A DNA stretch of 64,000 nt. Origin: an uncultured Chlamydiae bacterium. Its GTDB lineage: Bacteria; Chlamydiota; Chlamydiia; Chlamydiales; SM23-39. The stretch's first letter is position 1, and every line of letters begins with the position of its first letter. The notes below the pieces were generated by a model. That model worked only from the letters and a program-made list of their open reading frames with translations. It searched no databases and was not told the origin of the DNA. This document shows, one piece after another, positions 10,800-20,571 of this stretch. A program made the position numbers and the translations under genes. Where the stretch lies: NCBI GenBank assembly GCA_963730605.1, contig CAVSSM010000001.1, forward strand, positions 1-64,000. Direction: 5' to 3'.

Positions 10800-10854
10800 G
10801 ATTCTCTCCACCTCCAAAACGATAAGCATGGGAAATTCCCGGGCTCTTTTTTTT
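10800..10854 (+). repeat. ssrA 3'-end duplicate copy 2 with terminator-like hairpin
   Basis: GATTCTCTCCACCTCCAAAAC identical to copy 1, then AGCATGGGAAATTCCCGGGCT and a T-run. Confidence 0.75.
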
Positions 10855-10895
10855 CCGCACTTCCCTGTATGCCGCTTTTCTGGCAAAATCGCTCT

Positions 10896-12686
10896 ATGAG
10901 CTTACTTTTTAGCTGCCAGGCCGTTTCTAAATCTTATGGAGCGCGACTTCTTTTTGAAGATTTATCCCTCAGCATTTTTTCGGGCGACCGAATCGGCCTG
11001 ATAGGACTCAACGGCTGTGGAAAATCGACTTTGTTGAAAATTCTGGCAGGACTCGAAGTTCCTGACTCTGGAATTCTCTCTCCTAAACGTGATTTAGTTG
11101 TGGGATACGTTCCTCAAACATGCGATTTTCCCGATCTGAGTCCGAAACAGATTTTGATCGACGCTCTGAAAAAAGAGATTCCTCTCTATGAGCGCGAGCG
11201 ACTCGCTGAGACTGAGCTCAGCAAGCTGGGTTTTACGGAAAAAGAACCCTCTGCGGCTTTTCTCTCAGGAGGATGGAAAAAACGGCTTCGCCTTGCAGTT
11301 GAGCTGATCGCCTCGCCGGATCTGCTCCTCCTCGATGAGCCAACCAACCACCTCGATTTGGAAGGAATCCTCTGGCTTGAAGCGTTTTTGGCGAGAGAAT
11401 CGCCCACCTATTTGGTTGTGAGTCACGACCGTTATTTTCTGCAGCACGTGACGAGCCGCATCATTGAAATCGATAAGGTTTATCCGAAAGGACTTATCGC
11501 AATCGATGGATCCTATGGAGAATTTCTCGCTCGCAAAGAGGCATTTCTCAAAGGACAACTTCAAAAAGAGCGGAGAATCGCCACCAAAGCCCGCCGCGAA
11601 ACGGAGTGGCTCCGCGCAGGAGTGAAAGCTCGAACCACCAAATCCCAATCCCGAATCGATGAAGCAGAAGAGATTCTACAAGATTACGCCGACATCCAAG
11701 CTCGAAACCAGCAAAAACGGGCAAAGATCCATTTCGCTGCAACAGAAAGAGAGACAAGAAAGCTCCTCGTTGTCAAAAATCTCACGAAACAGCTTGGAGA
11801 GAGACCTCTTTTTCGCAATCTCGATTTCACGCTATCGCCCGGCACTCGAATGGGCCTCATGGGCCCCAATGGCTCAGGAAAAACGACGCTCTTGCGAATG
11901 CTTGCCGATGAAATTCAAGCCGATCTCGGCACGATTAAGCGAGCTGAAGGACTCCAAGTTGTCTATTTTGATCAGCACCGATCTCTTCTTCCGCCGAATC
12001 TTTCTCTCAAAGAAGCCCTTTCGCCCAAGGGAGATTTTGTCTTATTTCGAGGCAATCCAATCCATGTCAACGGATGGTGCAAACGCTTTCTCTTTTCGCC
12101 CGATCTTCTCCCCCTTCCCATCGAAAGCCTCTCGGGAGGTGAGCGAGCGCGAATCTCCATTGCCCACCTCATGCTTCAACCAACCGATATTCTCCTTCTC
12201 GACGAGCCGACAAACGATCTCGATATTCCAACCCTCGAAACTCTGGAGGAAAGCCTTCTCGAATTTCCAGGAGCTCTCGTTCTCATTACGCATGACCGGT
12301 GCATGCTCGACCGAATCTGCAACTCCGTCTTAGGATTAGGAGATCCAGAAAAGACTGAGATTTTTCCCGATTACGCCCAATGGGAAGCTTCCTCTAAAAA
12401 ATTGCCCAATCCAAAAGAGAAAAAAAAAGTCCCTCCAGCTCCAGAGCGTCCAAAGTCAGAGCTTTCGTATCAGGAGAAAAAAGAATTCGATGGGATAGAG
12501 CGAAAAATCACAAAATTCGAAGAAGAAGTGCGCTCGCTCAACCACCTTCTCGAAGAAAAAGAGATCGCCGAAAATTCAGCACGTCTCTCTGAAATCTGCA
12601 CTGCGATCAGTCTTGCGGAAACACAGATTGAGCAGCTCTACCTTCGTTGGGAAGAACTAGAGAAAAAAGCGAACCCAAAAACATGA
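10896..12686 (+). CDS. uup: ABC-F family ATPase, Uup-like
   Basis: Two ABC domains (GLNGCGKS, LSGGW, LLLDEPTNHLD; GPNGSGKT, LSGGE, DEPTNDLD), ARTTK linker and a C-terminal coiled coil ending LYLRWEELE. Confidence 0.9.
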   Translation: MSLLFSCQAVSKSYGARLLFEDLSLSIFSGDRIGLIGLNGCGKSTLLKILAGLEVPDSGILSPKRDLVVGYVPQTCDFPDLSPKQILIDALKKEIPLYERERLAETELSKLGFTEKEPSAAFLSGGWKKRLRLAVELIASPDLLLLDEPTNHLDLEGILWLEAFLARESPTYLVVSHDRYFLQHVTSRIIEIDKVYPKGLIAIDGSYGEFLARKEAFLKGQLQKERRIATKARRETEWLRAGVKARTTKSQSRIDEAEEILQDYADIQARNQQKRAKIHFAATERETRKLLVVKNLTKQLGERPLFRNLDFTLSPGTRMGLMGPNGSGKTTLLRMLADEIQADLGTIKRAEGLQVVYFDQHRSLLPPNLSLKEALSPKGDFVLFRGNPIHVNGWCKRFLFSPDLLPLPIESLSGGERARISIAHLMLQPTDILLLDEPTNDLDIPTLETLEESLLEFPGALVLITHDRCMLDRICNSVLGLGDPEKTEIFPDYAQWEASSKKLPNPKEKKKVPPAPERPKSELSYQEKKEFDGIERKITKFEEEVRSLNHLLEEKEIAENSARLSEICTAISLAETQIEQLYLRWEELEKKANPKT

Positions 12687-12691
12687 ATATA

Positions 12692-13000
12692 CCGAGAGTG
12701 ATTGAAAAAACGGGAATTGGGCACTGCGGACACTCAAAAACAGTCCGGGGGACTGTTTTTGAGCGAAGCAGCTCCTCAGATTTTTCAGCTGGAGCGAGGG
12801 ACATTGCCAAAGGCAAGGCTGCGGAAACACGAGAAGGTCCAGTGGACCTTCGCAGTGAGGAGCAGATGAGCGCAGCGAATCGCCTCGGAAGCGAAGATGA
12901 AAAATCTGAGTCAAAGCTGACGCCGCCACCGGGGTCCCCAGAAACGCATCGTTTTTGGGGTGGGGCGTCGCACCAAAACCGATTTTTCAATCACGAGCGG
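12692..13000 (+). mobile_element. MITE-like element family A, expanded copy with two extra internal modules
   Basis: TA-flanked terminal inverted repeats CCGAGAGTGATTGAAAAA / TTTTTCAATCACGAGCGG; colinear with the reverse complement of 48947-49143 apart from inserts at about 12819-12887 and 12925-12969. Confidence 0.85.
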
Positions 13001-13030
13001 TATACATCGCATGTATTTTTACCATTGATT

Positions 13031-13984
13031 TTGGATAATGAGGATAAAAGCTCTCCGTTGAAAAATCGGATACGGAAAAACTACCGTCATTTGAGAAAAT
13101 GGGCCGCTCGAACAAAAACAAACTGCTTTCGAATCTATGACAGGGACATCAAGGAATATCCGCTAGCCATCGATTTTTATGATGGACGTTTCTGCGTCCA
13201 CTATTTTACCAGCACTCGCGAGAGCGAAGAGCCTCGCCAAGATCTCTACGAAGAAGCAATGAGCGCCATCGACTCGCTTTTTTCTACCTCGCCCGAATCG
13301 ATCTATTGGCGGACAAGAATCAAGAGGGAAAAGACAGAGCAATATGAAAAAACAGGCGGGACGAAACAGTTTTTTTCCGTTCTTGAGTATGGACTACAGT
13401 TCAGAGTCAATTTGACCGATTATCTCGACACGGGGCTCTTTCTCGACCATCGAGAAACACGTCGCTTGGTCGCTTCAATAGCCACTGGAAAACGGCTCTT
13501 GAATCTTTTCGCCTATACCTGTTCTTTCAGCGTTCATGCTGCAGCTGCAGGAGCTCTTTTCACCAAAAACGTGGACCTTTCAAATACTTACACTGAATGG
13601 GGCAGGGAGAACTTTCTATTGAATTCACTTCCTCTGACAAACAACCTTATTGTCCGAGAAGATTGCCTTCGGTTTCTCGAAAAGGAACGAGGCGTCTATG
13701 ACTTGATCGTGATTGATCCTCCGACAATTTCTCGTTCCCAAAAAATGGATCAAATGTTTGATATTCAAAAAGATTATCCCTTTTTGATTTCCAAGGCGCT
13801 GGCCCTTTTATCTCGGGATGGGACTCTTTTTTTCAGCACTAACTCTCGCGATTTTGCTTTTGATGAGAGTCTATTTAATGGATGCACGATCATCGATATC
13901 TCTAAGAAAACGATCCCGATTGATTTTCACCAAAAAAAAATCCACCGCTGCTGGAAGATTTCTTCGACCCGGGAACTCCCGTGA
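13031..13984 (+). CDS. SAM-dependent 23S rRNA methyltransferase, RlmK-like (C-terminal half of RlmKL)
   Basis: NRIRKN..CFRIYDRDI, YLDTGLFLDHR, LNLFAYT, IVIDPPT. Likely TTG start at 13031; the longer ORF from 12647 runs through the MITE. Confidence 0.85.
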   Translation: MDNEDKSSPLKNRIRKNYRHLRKWAARTKTNCFRIYDRDIKEYPLAIDFYDGRFCVHYFTSTRESEEPRQDLYEEAMSAIDSLFSTSPESIYWRTRIKREKTEQYEKTGGTKQFFSVLEYGLQFRVNLTDYLDTGLFLDHRETRRLVASIATGKRLLNLFAYTCSFSVHAAAAGALFTKNVDLSNTYTEWGRENFLLNSLPLTNNLIVREDCLRFLEKERGVYDLIVIDPPTISRSQKMDQMFDIQKDYPFLISKALALLSRDGTLFFSTNSRDFAFDESLFNGCTIIDISKKTIPIDFHQKKIHRCWKISSTRELP

Positions 13985-14005
13985 CCTACAAAAGTTCTGA
14001 ATGCG

Positions 14006-14052
14006 TCTCTCCACCTCCAATCCGGCCGGGTAAAAATCTGGCCTTGTTTTTT
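14006..14052 (+). repeat. ssrA 3'-end duplicate copy 3 with terminator-like hairpin
   Basis: TCTCTCCACCTCCAA then GGCCGGG-TAAAAA-TCTGGCC and a T-rich tail. Confidence 0.65.
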
Positions 14053-14188
14053 ATTCGTCTTTGCGTAAACTGTAGACATGTTTAGTTTTCTTTGCCCCTG
14101 TACTTTTTGTTGTGTGCTTCTGCACACAGATCTATAAAAAAATTTCCTACTCGCAATTTATAAACATTTTTTAATCTTCACAGGTGTT

Positions 14189-15400
14189 ATGGAAAAATTC
14201 AAACTCTCATATCTTGTTTTAGCCGTGGCTATGATTCTCGGCATCGGGACTGGTCTTCTAGAAGAGACGATCAGTCTTAAAACCGCCGAAATAGTCTCTA
14301 CCCTCTTTTTAAATCTTCTTTCTATGATCGCGGCACCGATTGTCGGGCTTGCCATTCTCTCTACACTTCTCAATATGCAAAATATCGCTCAGATGAAGGG
14401 ATTAGGCAAAAAAGTACTCATCTACACACTTTTAACCACAACCTTAGCATCGCTAGTCGCCCTCGGGCTTTTTGTATTTCTAGATCCTGTCTCGTCAGCT
14501 GCAAAAAATGGAGGCATAACGCCGTCAGCGCCCCAAGCGACCTACATTCATTTCCTCACGGAAATCGTCCCTTCCAATATCTTTAAAGCCTTTATGGAAA
14601 ATAAAGTGATTTCCATAGCTTTTCTTGGTTTCATATTTGGGATTGCAGCACACCTTCTTCCTCAGGAAGAACGCGGGACGCTTAGAAAGGGTTTTGCTGC
14701 TTTGTTTCAGCTCTTTTTGAAGGTCGCTGGACTGGCAAGCAAAGTTATGCCGATCGCTGTTTGGGCCTTTATGACTTTGCTCGTAAAAGAATTACGGGAA
14801 CAAAGAGAAGGAGTTGAAGGGATCTGGACTTATTTGGGTGTCATCGTTTCGGCAAATTTAATCCAAGGGCTACTGGTCATCCCGATCCTTTTAAAACTGA
14901 AAGGGCTTTCGCCCATAAAAATCGCCAAAGGAGGAATCCAGGCAATTCTCTTAGCCTTCTTCACAAAATCTTCCAATGCCACACTTCCTATGAGCTTAAA
15001 AGTTTCGAGGGAAAAATTGGGCATTCGGCCAGAAGTCGCGAACTTTACCTTGCCGCTTTGCACAGTCATCAATATGAACGGCTGCGCAGCGTTTATTTTA
15101 ACAACGACTCTGTTTGTCGCCGGGGTGCATGGTCATGTTTTCTCCTTCCTTGATCTAGGGTTTTGGGTTTTAATGTCTGTCTTGGCTGCGGTTGGGAATG
15201 CAGGCGTACCCATGGGATGCTTTTTTCTTACCAGCGCCTTTCTCATTGGAATGGGAGTTCCTTTGACAACAATGGGACTCATCCTTCCCTTTTATACACT
15301 AATCGATATGGAAGAGACGGCCTTAAATGTCTGGTCCGACTTAAGCGTGGCCGCGATGGTCGAACGGGATATGAAGGAAGTTGTCGCCCAAATCGAATGA
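14189..15400 (+). CDS. Dicarboxylate/amino acid:cation symporter (DAACS)
   Basis: AFFTKSSNATLP, PLCTVINMNG, AGVP, ETALNVWSD; multiple TM helices. Confidence 0.92.
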   Translation: MEKFKLSYLVLAVAMILGIGTGLLEETISLKTAEIVSTLFLNLLSMIAAPIVGLAILSTLLNMQNIAQMKGLGKKVLIYTLLTTTLASLVALGLFVFLDPVSSAAKNGGITPSAPQATYIHFLTEIVPSNIFKAFMENKVISIAFLGFIFGIAAHLLPQEERGTLRKGFAALFQLFLKVAGLASKVMPIAVWAFMTLLVKELREQREGVEGIWTYLGVIVSANLIQGLLVIPILLKLKGLSPIKIAKGGIQAILLAFFTKSSNATLPMSLKVSREKLGIRPEVANFTLPLCTVINMNGCAAFILTTTLFVAGVHGHVFSFLDLGFWVLMSVLAAVGNAGVPMGCFFLTSAFLIGMGVPLTTMGLILPFYTLIDMEETALNVWSDLSVAAMVERDMKEVVAQIE

Positions 15401-15616
15401 GTAGCCCTTGTCCGAGGCGCTGGAATTCCCATGGCCCCGGGCATCCGGCATGACAACATCGTAATCTTCCTCCAGCGTCCGCGCCAAAGGAGCCCAACAC
15501 GCTCCATTTAACATGAGTCCATGCAGCAGTAGAATAGAGAGTTTGCTGCCACCGGTTCGGAGGTAGTGTACCTCAATCCCATTTGCTTCACAGATCCCCT
15601 CTGTCCATCTAGCCAT
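15400..15616 (-). pseudogene. Truncated alpha/beta hydrolase (N-terminus only)
   Basis: LLLHG..W...DARGHGNS, then similarity ends at the symporter stop codon. Confidence 0.75.
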
Positions 15617-16026
15617 TCGGCAGCCTTTTCAACATCTCCTCCATCTCTAGGGGAATCTTTTTCTTAATAAATCGACGAAGCATACAGGCATAGAAAAAGG
15701 ATAATAGCCCTCGAATCTCTACTTGGAAAGTCACATGCGTAGTACCTTCAGCTTGGCTCATCGATTGGATGCTGATCACCTTCGCAAAAGAAAGATAGGC
15801 TTCTTGAACCACTAACTGATAGGGCTCAATTTTTGTTAATAGAGTTTTGAAAAGAAGGGTCCCTCGGAATTTGGTGCAACCGGTTGTCCCTGTCTGAAAT
15901 GGGCCATCGAGTCGACTTAACTCAATTTGCTCATCCCAAGTTTTCCAGTTTTCAACGTCTTCCCAAATTCTCCAAATTTGCTTGGGAGTGGCTTTTGTCT
16001 CTTACGGTATGTTTAACGATAAGCAT
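15609..16026 (-). CDS. SRPBCC/polyketide-cyclase-like protein (frameshifted)
   Basis: MLIVKHTV/ETKATPKQIWRIWEDVENWKTWD...LDGPFQTG continuing into ORF 15609-15812. Confidence 0.65.
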
Positions 16027-16546
16027 ATTGTAAAATTCCTTCCTTTAACCATTTGATTTCTAATGTAAGTTGAGCAATCCCGTATCTCAACGACATGAGA
16101 CGAATTGCTTTTCGAGGATAATCGCTTAAGGTCTCTAACCTATCTTCGATTTTCCTGTATTCTTCATAAGTTTTTTCGGCTTTCTCTAATCTTTCCTGAA
16201 ACAGCCGAACCATTTCCTCTCGATGGGTGACGAAAAAGAGCTTGAGTAGAAATTCGTTGCGGGGTGTTTCTGATCCTGTGGGTCCGTCGAGCCAAGCCTT
16301 AAATTCCGCTCTTCCCAATTCCGTAATGGAAAAAACCTCCTTTTTTTTCTTTCCCACATACGCGATCTCGGACAGGACCTTCCCTTCTTTTGCCAGAACC
16401 TTCAACATGGGATAGATTGTCGAATCAGATTCCCGCCAAAAATAGGCTGTCGACCTTCCCATCAGAGACTTGATCTCATATCCTGTGCTAGGGTCCTCGA
16501 GAAGCACCCCCAAAATGGCATATCTTGTTTTGTTGACCGATCTCAT
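16013..16546 (-). CDS. PadR-family transcriptional regulator
   Basis: YAILGVL..TGYEIK..FW..IYPML..FSITELGR..EFLLKLFF. Confidence 0.92.
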   Translation of the reverse strand: MRSVNKTRYAILGVLLEDPSTGYEIKSLMGRSTAYFWRESDSTIYPMLKVLAKEGKVLSEIAYVGKKKKEVFSITELGRAEFKAWLDGPTGSETPRNEFLLKLFFVTHREEMVRLFQERLEKAEKTYEEYRKIEDRLETLSDYPRKAIRLMSLRYGIAQLTLEIKWLKEGILQYAYR

Positions 16547-16630
16547 TAAAATACCCAGTTTCTGGCCATTTTACAGAAACGGCCGATTTTCCGACTATAC
16601 AAATCAATTCTTGATTTTTGGGTAGGAGAT

Positions 16631-17623
16631 TCATTTCACCGAGGTAACTCTTCGTACTGGATCTTTCGGACTCTGTGAAATTTCGGTTTCTTTGCTCTTA
16701 ACTTCTTTTGTTATTTCAGTGCGCAGACGTGGTAAAGAGGCTGGGTGATTTTTTTGGAGATAAGAGATCATATGCTCTCGGATGGCGCATCGCAAATCAA
16801 ATGAGGCTTCAGAATTGGGAGAACTAGTCAAGATACGAATTTCCATTGTATGTTCAGTCGTATTTGTCACTTGGACCACTTTGACTTTTCCATCCCACAA
16901 ACAGTTTCCTTCTAATAATCGATCCAATTCCTCTCGAATGAGTGTCACAGGACTAGTGTAGTCGACATACAGCATGACCGTTCCTAAAATATCTGCTGTT
17001 TTTTGCGTCCAATTTTGAAAAACATGGTCTGTAAAATAGGTGATTGGAACGATCAGTCTTCGTAGATCCCATAATTTGACGATCACATAGGTGAGGTGGA
17101 TTTCTTCGATTCTGCCCCATTCGCTTTCTACGACAACCACATCATCCACCCGAATGGGCTGAGCGATCGCAATTTGAAGACCCGCAAAAAAAGTGCTCAT
17201 TGTTTTCTGTGCAGCCAGTCCAATGAGAATGCTCAATATCCCAGCTGAGGCTAGTAAGTGAATACCCTGAGAGCGCACCGACTCAAAAGTGAATAAAATT
17301 CCACTGACACTCAAAAAAATGACAAAAACTACGGCCAGACGTTGTAAAATTCTTATTTGAGTATGGACTTGTCGAGCTCGATAATTGTCTTTTCGTTGTA
17401 AATCAAAATGATGAAGCAGGAGAGAAGAAACTAGATAGATCACTTTGATCAGTAACCAACCAAGGCATATCATCGCTACGATAGAATAGATCTGCAGGGC
17501 GGTGGAGTGAGCGATCCACTGGGGTTTAAGAGTTTTAAAACCGAAGTAGAGCGCGCCGAGCAAAAGCAATAGCTGTAAAGGGCCACGTACATTTCGTACA
17601 ATTATTTTAAAATTTCCATTCAT
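16631..17623 (-). CDS. Small-conductance mechanosensitive channel family protein
   Basis: GLAAQKT..AGLQIAIAQPIRVDDVV..GRIEEI..WDLRRLIVP..FQNW. Confidence 0.92.
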   Translation of the reverse strand: MNGNFKIIVRNVRGPLQLLLLLGALYFGFKTLKPQWIAHSTALQIYSIVAMICLGWLLIKVIYLVSSLLLHHFDLQRKDNYRARQVHTQIRILQRLAVVFVIFLSVSGILFTFESVRSQGIHLLASAGILSILIGLAAQKTMSTFFAGLQIAIAQPIRVDDVVVVESEWGRIEEIHLTYVIVKLWDLRRLIVPITYFTDHVFQNWTQKTADILGTVMLYVDYTSPVTLIREELDRLLEGNCLWDGKVKVVQVTNTTEHTMEIRILTSSPNSEASFDLRCAIREHMISYLQKNHPASLPRLRTEITKEVKSKETEISQSPKDPVRRVTSVK

Positions 17624-17641
17624 TAGATTGACGAATCTTTC

Positions 17642-18029
17642 TTATTTCACAATGATGAGTCCAATCGTTGTTGTTGCATCTGGTTCATTACCATCTGCGT
17701 CTTGCCAGGCATCAAAAGCTGGTGAATTGAAAATGATCTTTGCTGGCCTTAAACGAATTTGATATGTCCCTGTTCTTTCTGGCGCGACTAGTGTAAATTC
17801 TTCCTTAGTTTTTCCATCGCCTAATCCCGCGTTCCTAATCACAGCTTGAGGACCTTCACCTTTAAGGCCTATGACAATCTCGTAGTGGCCAAAAAAAGTG
17901 GATTTATCAGGGTCAAAAGTACATACCGCCTCGGCCTCTATTTTTTGCCCCGGAGTGACAACGATCGCTTTAGGATGCCCATTCAGTATTAAATGTCCTA
18001 CAGTAACGGGTCCTGAGGTTGCTTCTGTC
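17642..18029 (-). pseudogene. Hypothetical gene truncated at the 5' end by the IS insertion
   Basis: Open frame (…TSGPVTVGHLILNGHPK…TTTIGLIIVK) extends up to the IS boundary with no clear start. Confidence 0.55.
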
Positions 18030-18036
18030 TTCTGTA

Positions 18037-19187
18037 CTACAGCGTTTCATTAATTTTGCCAATTGTGGGGTAAAGCTTTTTTAGCTTGATTCTTGCGTCC
18101 TCAACTGTGAAGCGCCAGTCTATAACATGCGCATCCTTGTTTCTGCCCTCTAGCCAGGAGGCAACTTCTTTTTTAACCTCGACTATGTCTCTTAGGCGTC
18201 GGTTTAAACATTGCCTGGAAAGGTGGCTTAATTCGATTTCTGCCATGTTTAACCAGCTCCCATGTTTCGGCGTATAACGAAATTCCAGACGGTCTACGAT
18301 CCTTTTCGCCTCTTTGGGCGGCAGAAGCTCATAAAGAGCAGCACCTGTATGGATATTTAAATTATCGCAGACCAAGAGGATCTTTTTTGCCTTGGGATAA
18401 TGCTCCTCTACAAGTTTCTGTATATGTTTGGCCCAATCCAATCGAGTCCTTCTCTCCGAAACATCAATGTATCGTTTCCCTGTTAGTGGCTCAAAACTCA
18501 GCAGAATATTACTCACGCCATTGCGCTCATATCCTGTATCAAAGCGTTCAACCTTACCTCGTTTTGCTGGAATGTTATCCAGCTTTCCTGCCTCGTGTTG
18601 CTTACTCGACTCATCCATGCAAATCATTGGATATTCTGGATTGTATGGGCACTTATAGAGGCCTAACACATTTTCCATTCGGCAAACAAAGTCAGCGTTT
18701 TCCTCAGGAGGAATACACCATTCTTTCTTTAGCCAGGGCTTAAGTTCATTTTTTTTAAAGTGCGATGGACTGTGCTTCTGGAAATAGAATCAATAACTTC
18801 TAGCTGAACCAGTCTTTCGCTTAACAATCTCAAGGTCCATTCTTTGCGCCCTTCCGGAGGGGCCCCGCAACATATGGCAACCAGATGGGCTTCTTGATCA
18901 CCATCGAGTTTTCTTGGTTTGTATTGGCGATGTTTTTTTCGGTGCAAAGCAGCTTCCAGTCCATCGTTTGCGAAAGATTCTCTGACTCGATGTACAGTGC
19001 GTTCGTGAATATTCAACCCTGCCGCAATAGCTTTTGCTCTCAAACCCGGCCCCTCTTCACCAGAATCTGCCTGCAATAGTATTCGAGCATGAGTGATTGT
19101 TTTTGCCTTCTGCTTTCCTTTATGCACAACTTCGAGTAATTGCTTGCGCTGACTAGGTGTTAACTTGACTTTATACTTCTTTCGCAT
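18037..19187 (-). CDS. IS630 transposase in two ORFs (HTH and DDE) joined at an A-run
   Basis: ORF1 MRKKYKVKL..WTLRLL; ORF2 CMDE, CDNLN, YTPKHGSWLNMAEIE; slippery TTTAAAAAAAATG near 18746-18759. Confidence 0.9.
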
Positions 19188-19268
19188 ACCTGCACTCCCA
19201 CGAATTTTACAAGGCGTCAAGTATATTTTTTATCAAGAAATTATGTCAAAATTAATGAAACGCTGTAG
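18037..19268 (-). mobile_element. IS630-family insertion sequence
   Basis: 22-bp inverted repeats CTACAGCGTTTCATTAATTTTG / CAAAATTAATGAAACGCTGTAG with TA duplication at 18035-36 and 19269-70. Confidence 0.95.
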
Positions 19269-19348
19269 TACTGGACAAAAAATAAATTGATGAAAACAAC
19301 TCGCTGAAGAGCGATCATATCTCGTTGGTTATCAAACAGCGAGGTACA

Positions 19349-20425
19349 ATGAAACACATCAGCGAGTTGCGAGCAATTTTATCCCACTTCTTTGATTGGC
19401 ACAAGTGCCGTCTCGACTGTCTAGGGCAAATCATTCAGGCTCTGTTCGTCGTCAGAACCATAAACCTGACCCAAGTCGCTTCAGCCTTCAAGTCAGAGGT
19501 CAAGGAGGAGTCATCGTATCGTAGAGTCTGCCGATTCTTCACTGGTTTTACCTTCGACATGAGTAGGATCGTCCTTCTGGTTTTCCGCCTGTTTCCACTC
19601 GGAGATAAGTGCACCCTAATCCTGGATCGCACGAACTGGAAGTGGGGAAAAACTCCCATCAATATCTTGATGCTCTCGATTGCCTACAGAGGTATCGGCA
19701 TTCCACTGTTCTGGGTGTGCTGAATCTTGAAGGCAACTCATGCGCGGAGGACAGGATCGATCTCCTAAAGCGGGTCGTGGAACGCCTCGGGATCAGCAGA
19801 ATCGAGGTACTCCTCGCGGATCGCGAGTTCATAGGAACGCAGTGGTTTCTCTTTCTGATCGAACAGAAGATCCCGTTCATCATCAGGGTTAAACAGAACT
19901 CCATGGTCGAAATCGGAGAGAACGGCAAACTTCCAATAGGACGCCTACGGAAATGGCTCTCACGGAAAAAAGTTGTGAATCACCCCATTAATCTCTGGGG
20001 TCTTTCCCTCTACGTTTCGATCGAAAAGAGAAAAGGCGCCAAGGAGCAAATGATCGTGGTCTCCAACTTCAAATTCGAGGATTCTCTGGGGATGTATAGG
20101 AGGCGTTGGGAAATCGAAACCATGTTCGGTTGTTTGAAGACCCGTGGGTTTCGAATGGAGGACACTCACATCACCGATCCAGACAAGATTGAGAAGGTGG
20201 TGTTCGTCCTGGCGATCGCTTTCTGCTGGGCATATCGAATGGGGGATATCCAGGATTCAGATACAGGCGATAGAGGTCAAAACTCACGGGAGAAAGGCGA
20301 GGAGCCTCTTTAGGGAGGGGCTAAATCTGATCCGTAGGGCGATTTTTGGGAGGTGGGTTCTGAGAAAATTCAGGCGACTACTTTCGTGTTTTACGTGTTC
20401 AGAACCAAGGACTTGCTCGGTATGA
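19349..20425 (+). CDS. IS4-family DDE transposase split over three frames
   Basis: LILDRTNWKWG, LLADREF, YRRRWEIETMFGCLKTRGF, KTHGRKARSLF. Confidence 0.88.
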
Positions 20426-20514
20426 AATTATTTTTTGTCCAATACAGAGCTCTCTCCGCCGACTTACTAACATTTTTAACTAGTAAAATATTAACTATAT
20501 AAATCAAACAGAAT

Positions 20515-20543
20515 TTGACTTTAATTAATAAATAAAGTAAAAT
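20515..20543 (+). promoter_or_regulatory. Sigma70/66-type promoter
   Basis: TTGACT-N17-TAAAAT upstream of GAGGAG and ATG 20572. Confidence 0.6.
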
Positions 20544-20571
20544 TAGACAGATTTTTTAGAGGAGTACTACC

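Larger units (their letters stand above)
18030..20449 (+). mobile_element. IS4-family (ISAba1-like) element whose left inverted repeat is split by an IS630 insertion
   Basis: Right end TTATTTTTTGTCCAATACAGAG; left end rebuilt as TTCTGTA(18030-18036)+CTGGACAAAAAATAA(19271-). Confidence 0.8.

Noticed and set aside
12647..13030. 128-aa N-terminal extension of the methyltransferase as a real domain
   Set aside because: It is read-through of the MITE. Removing the MITE does not give an in-frame ancestral start, and recognisable similarity begins near TTG 13031.
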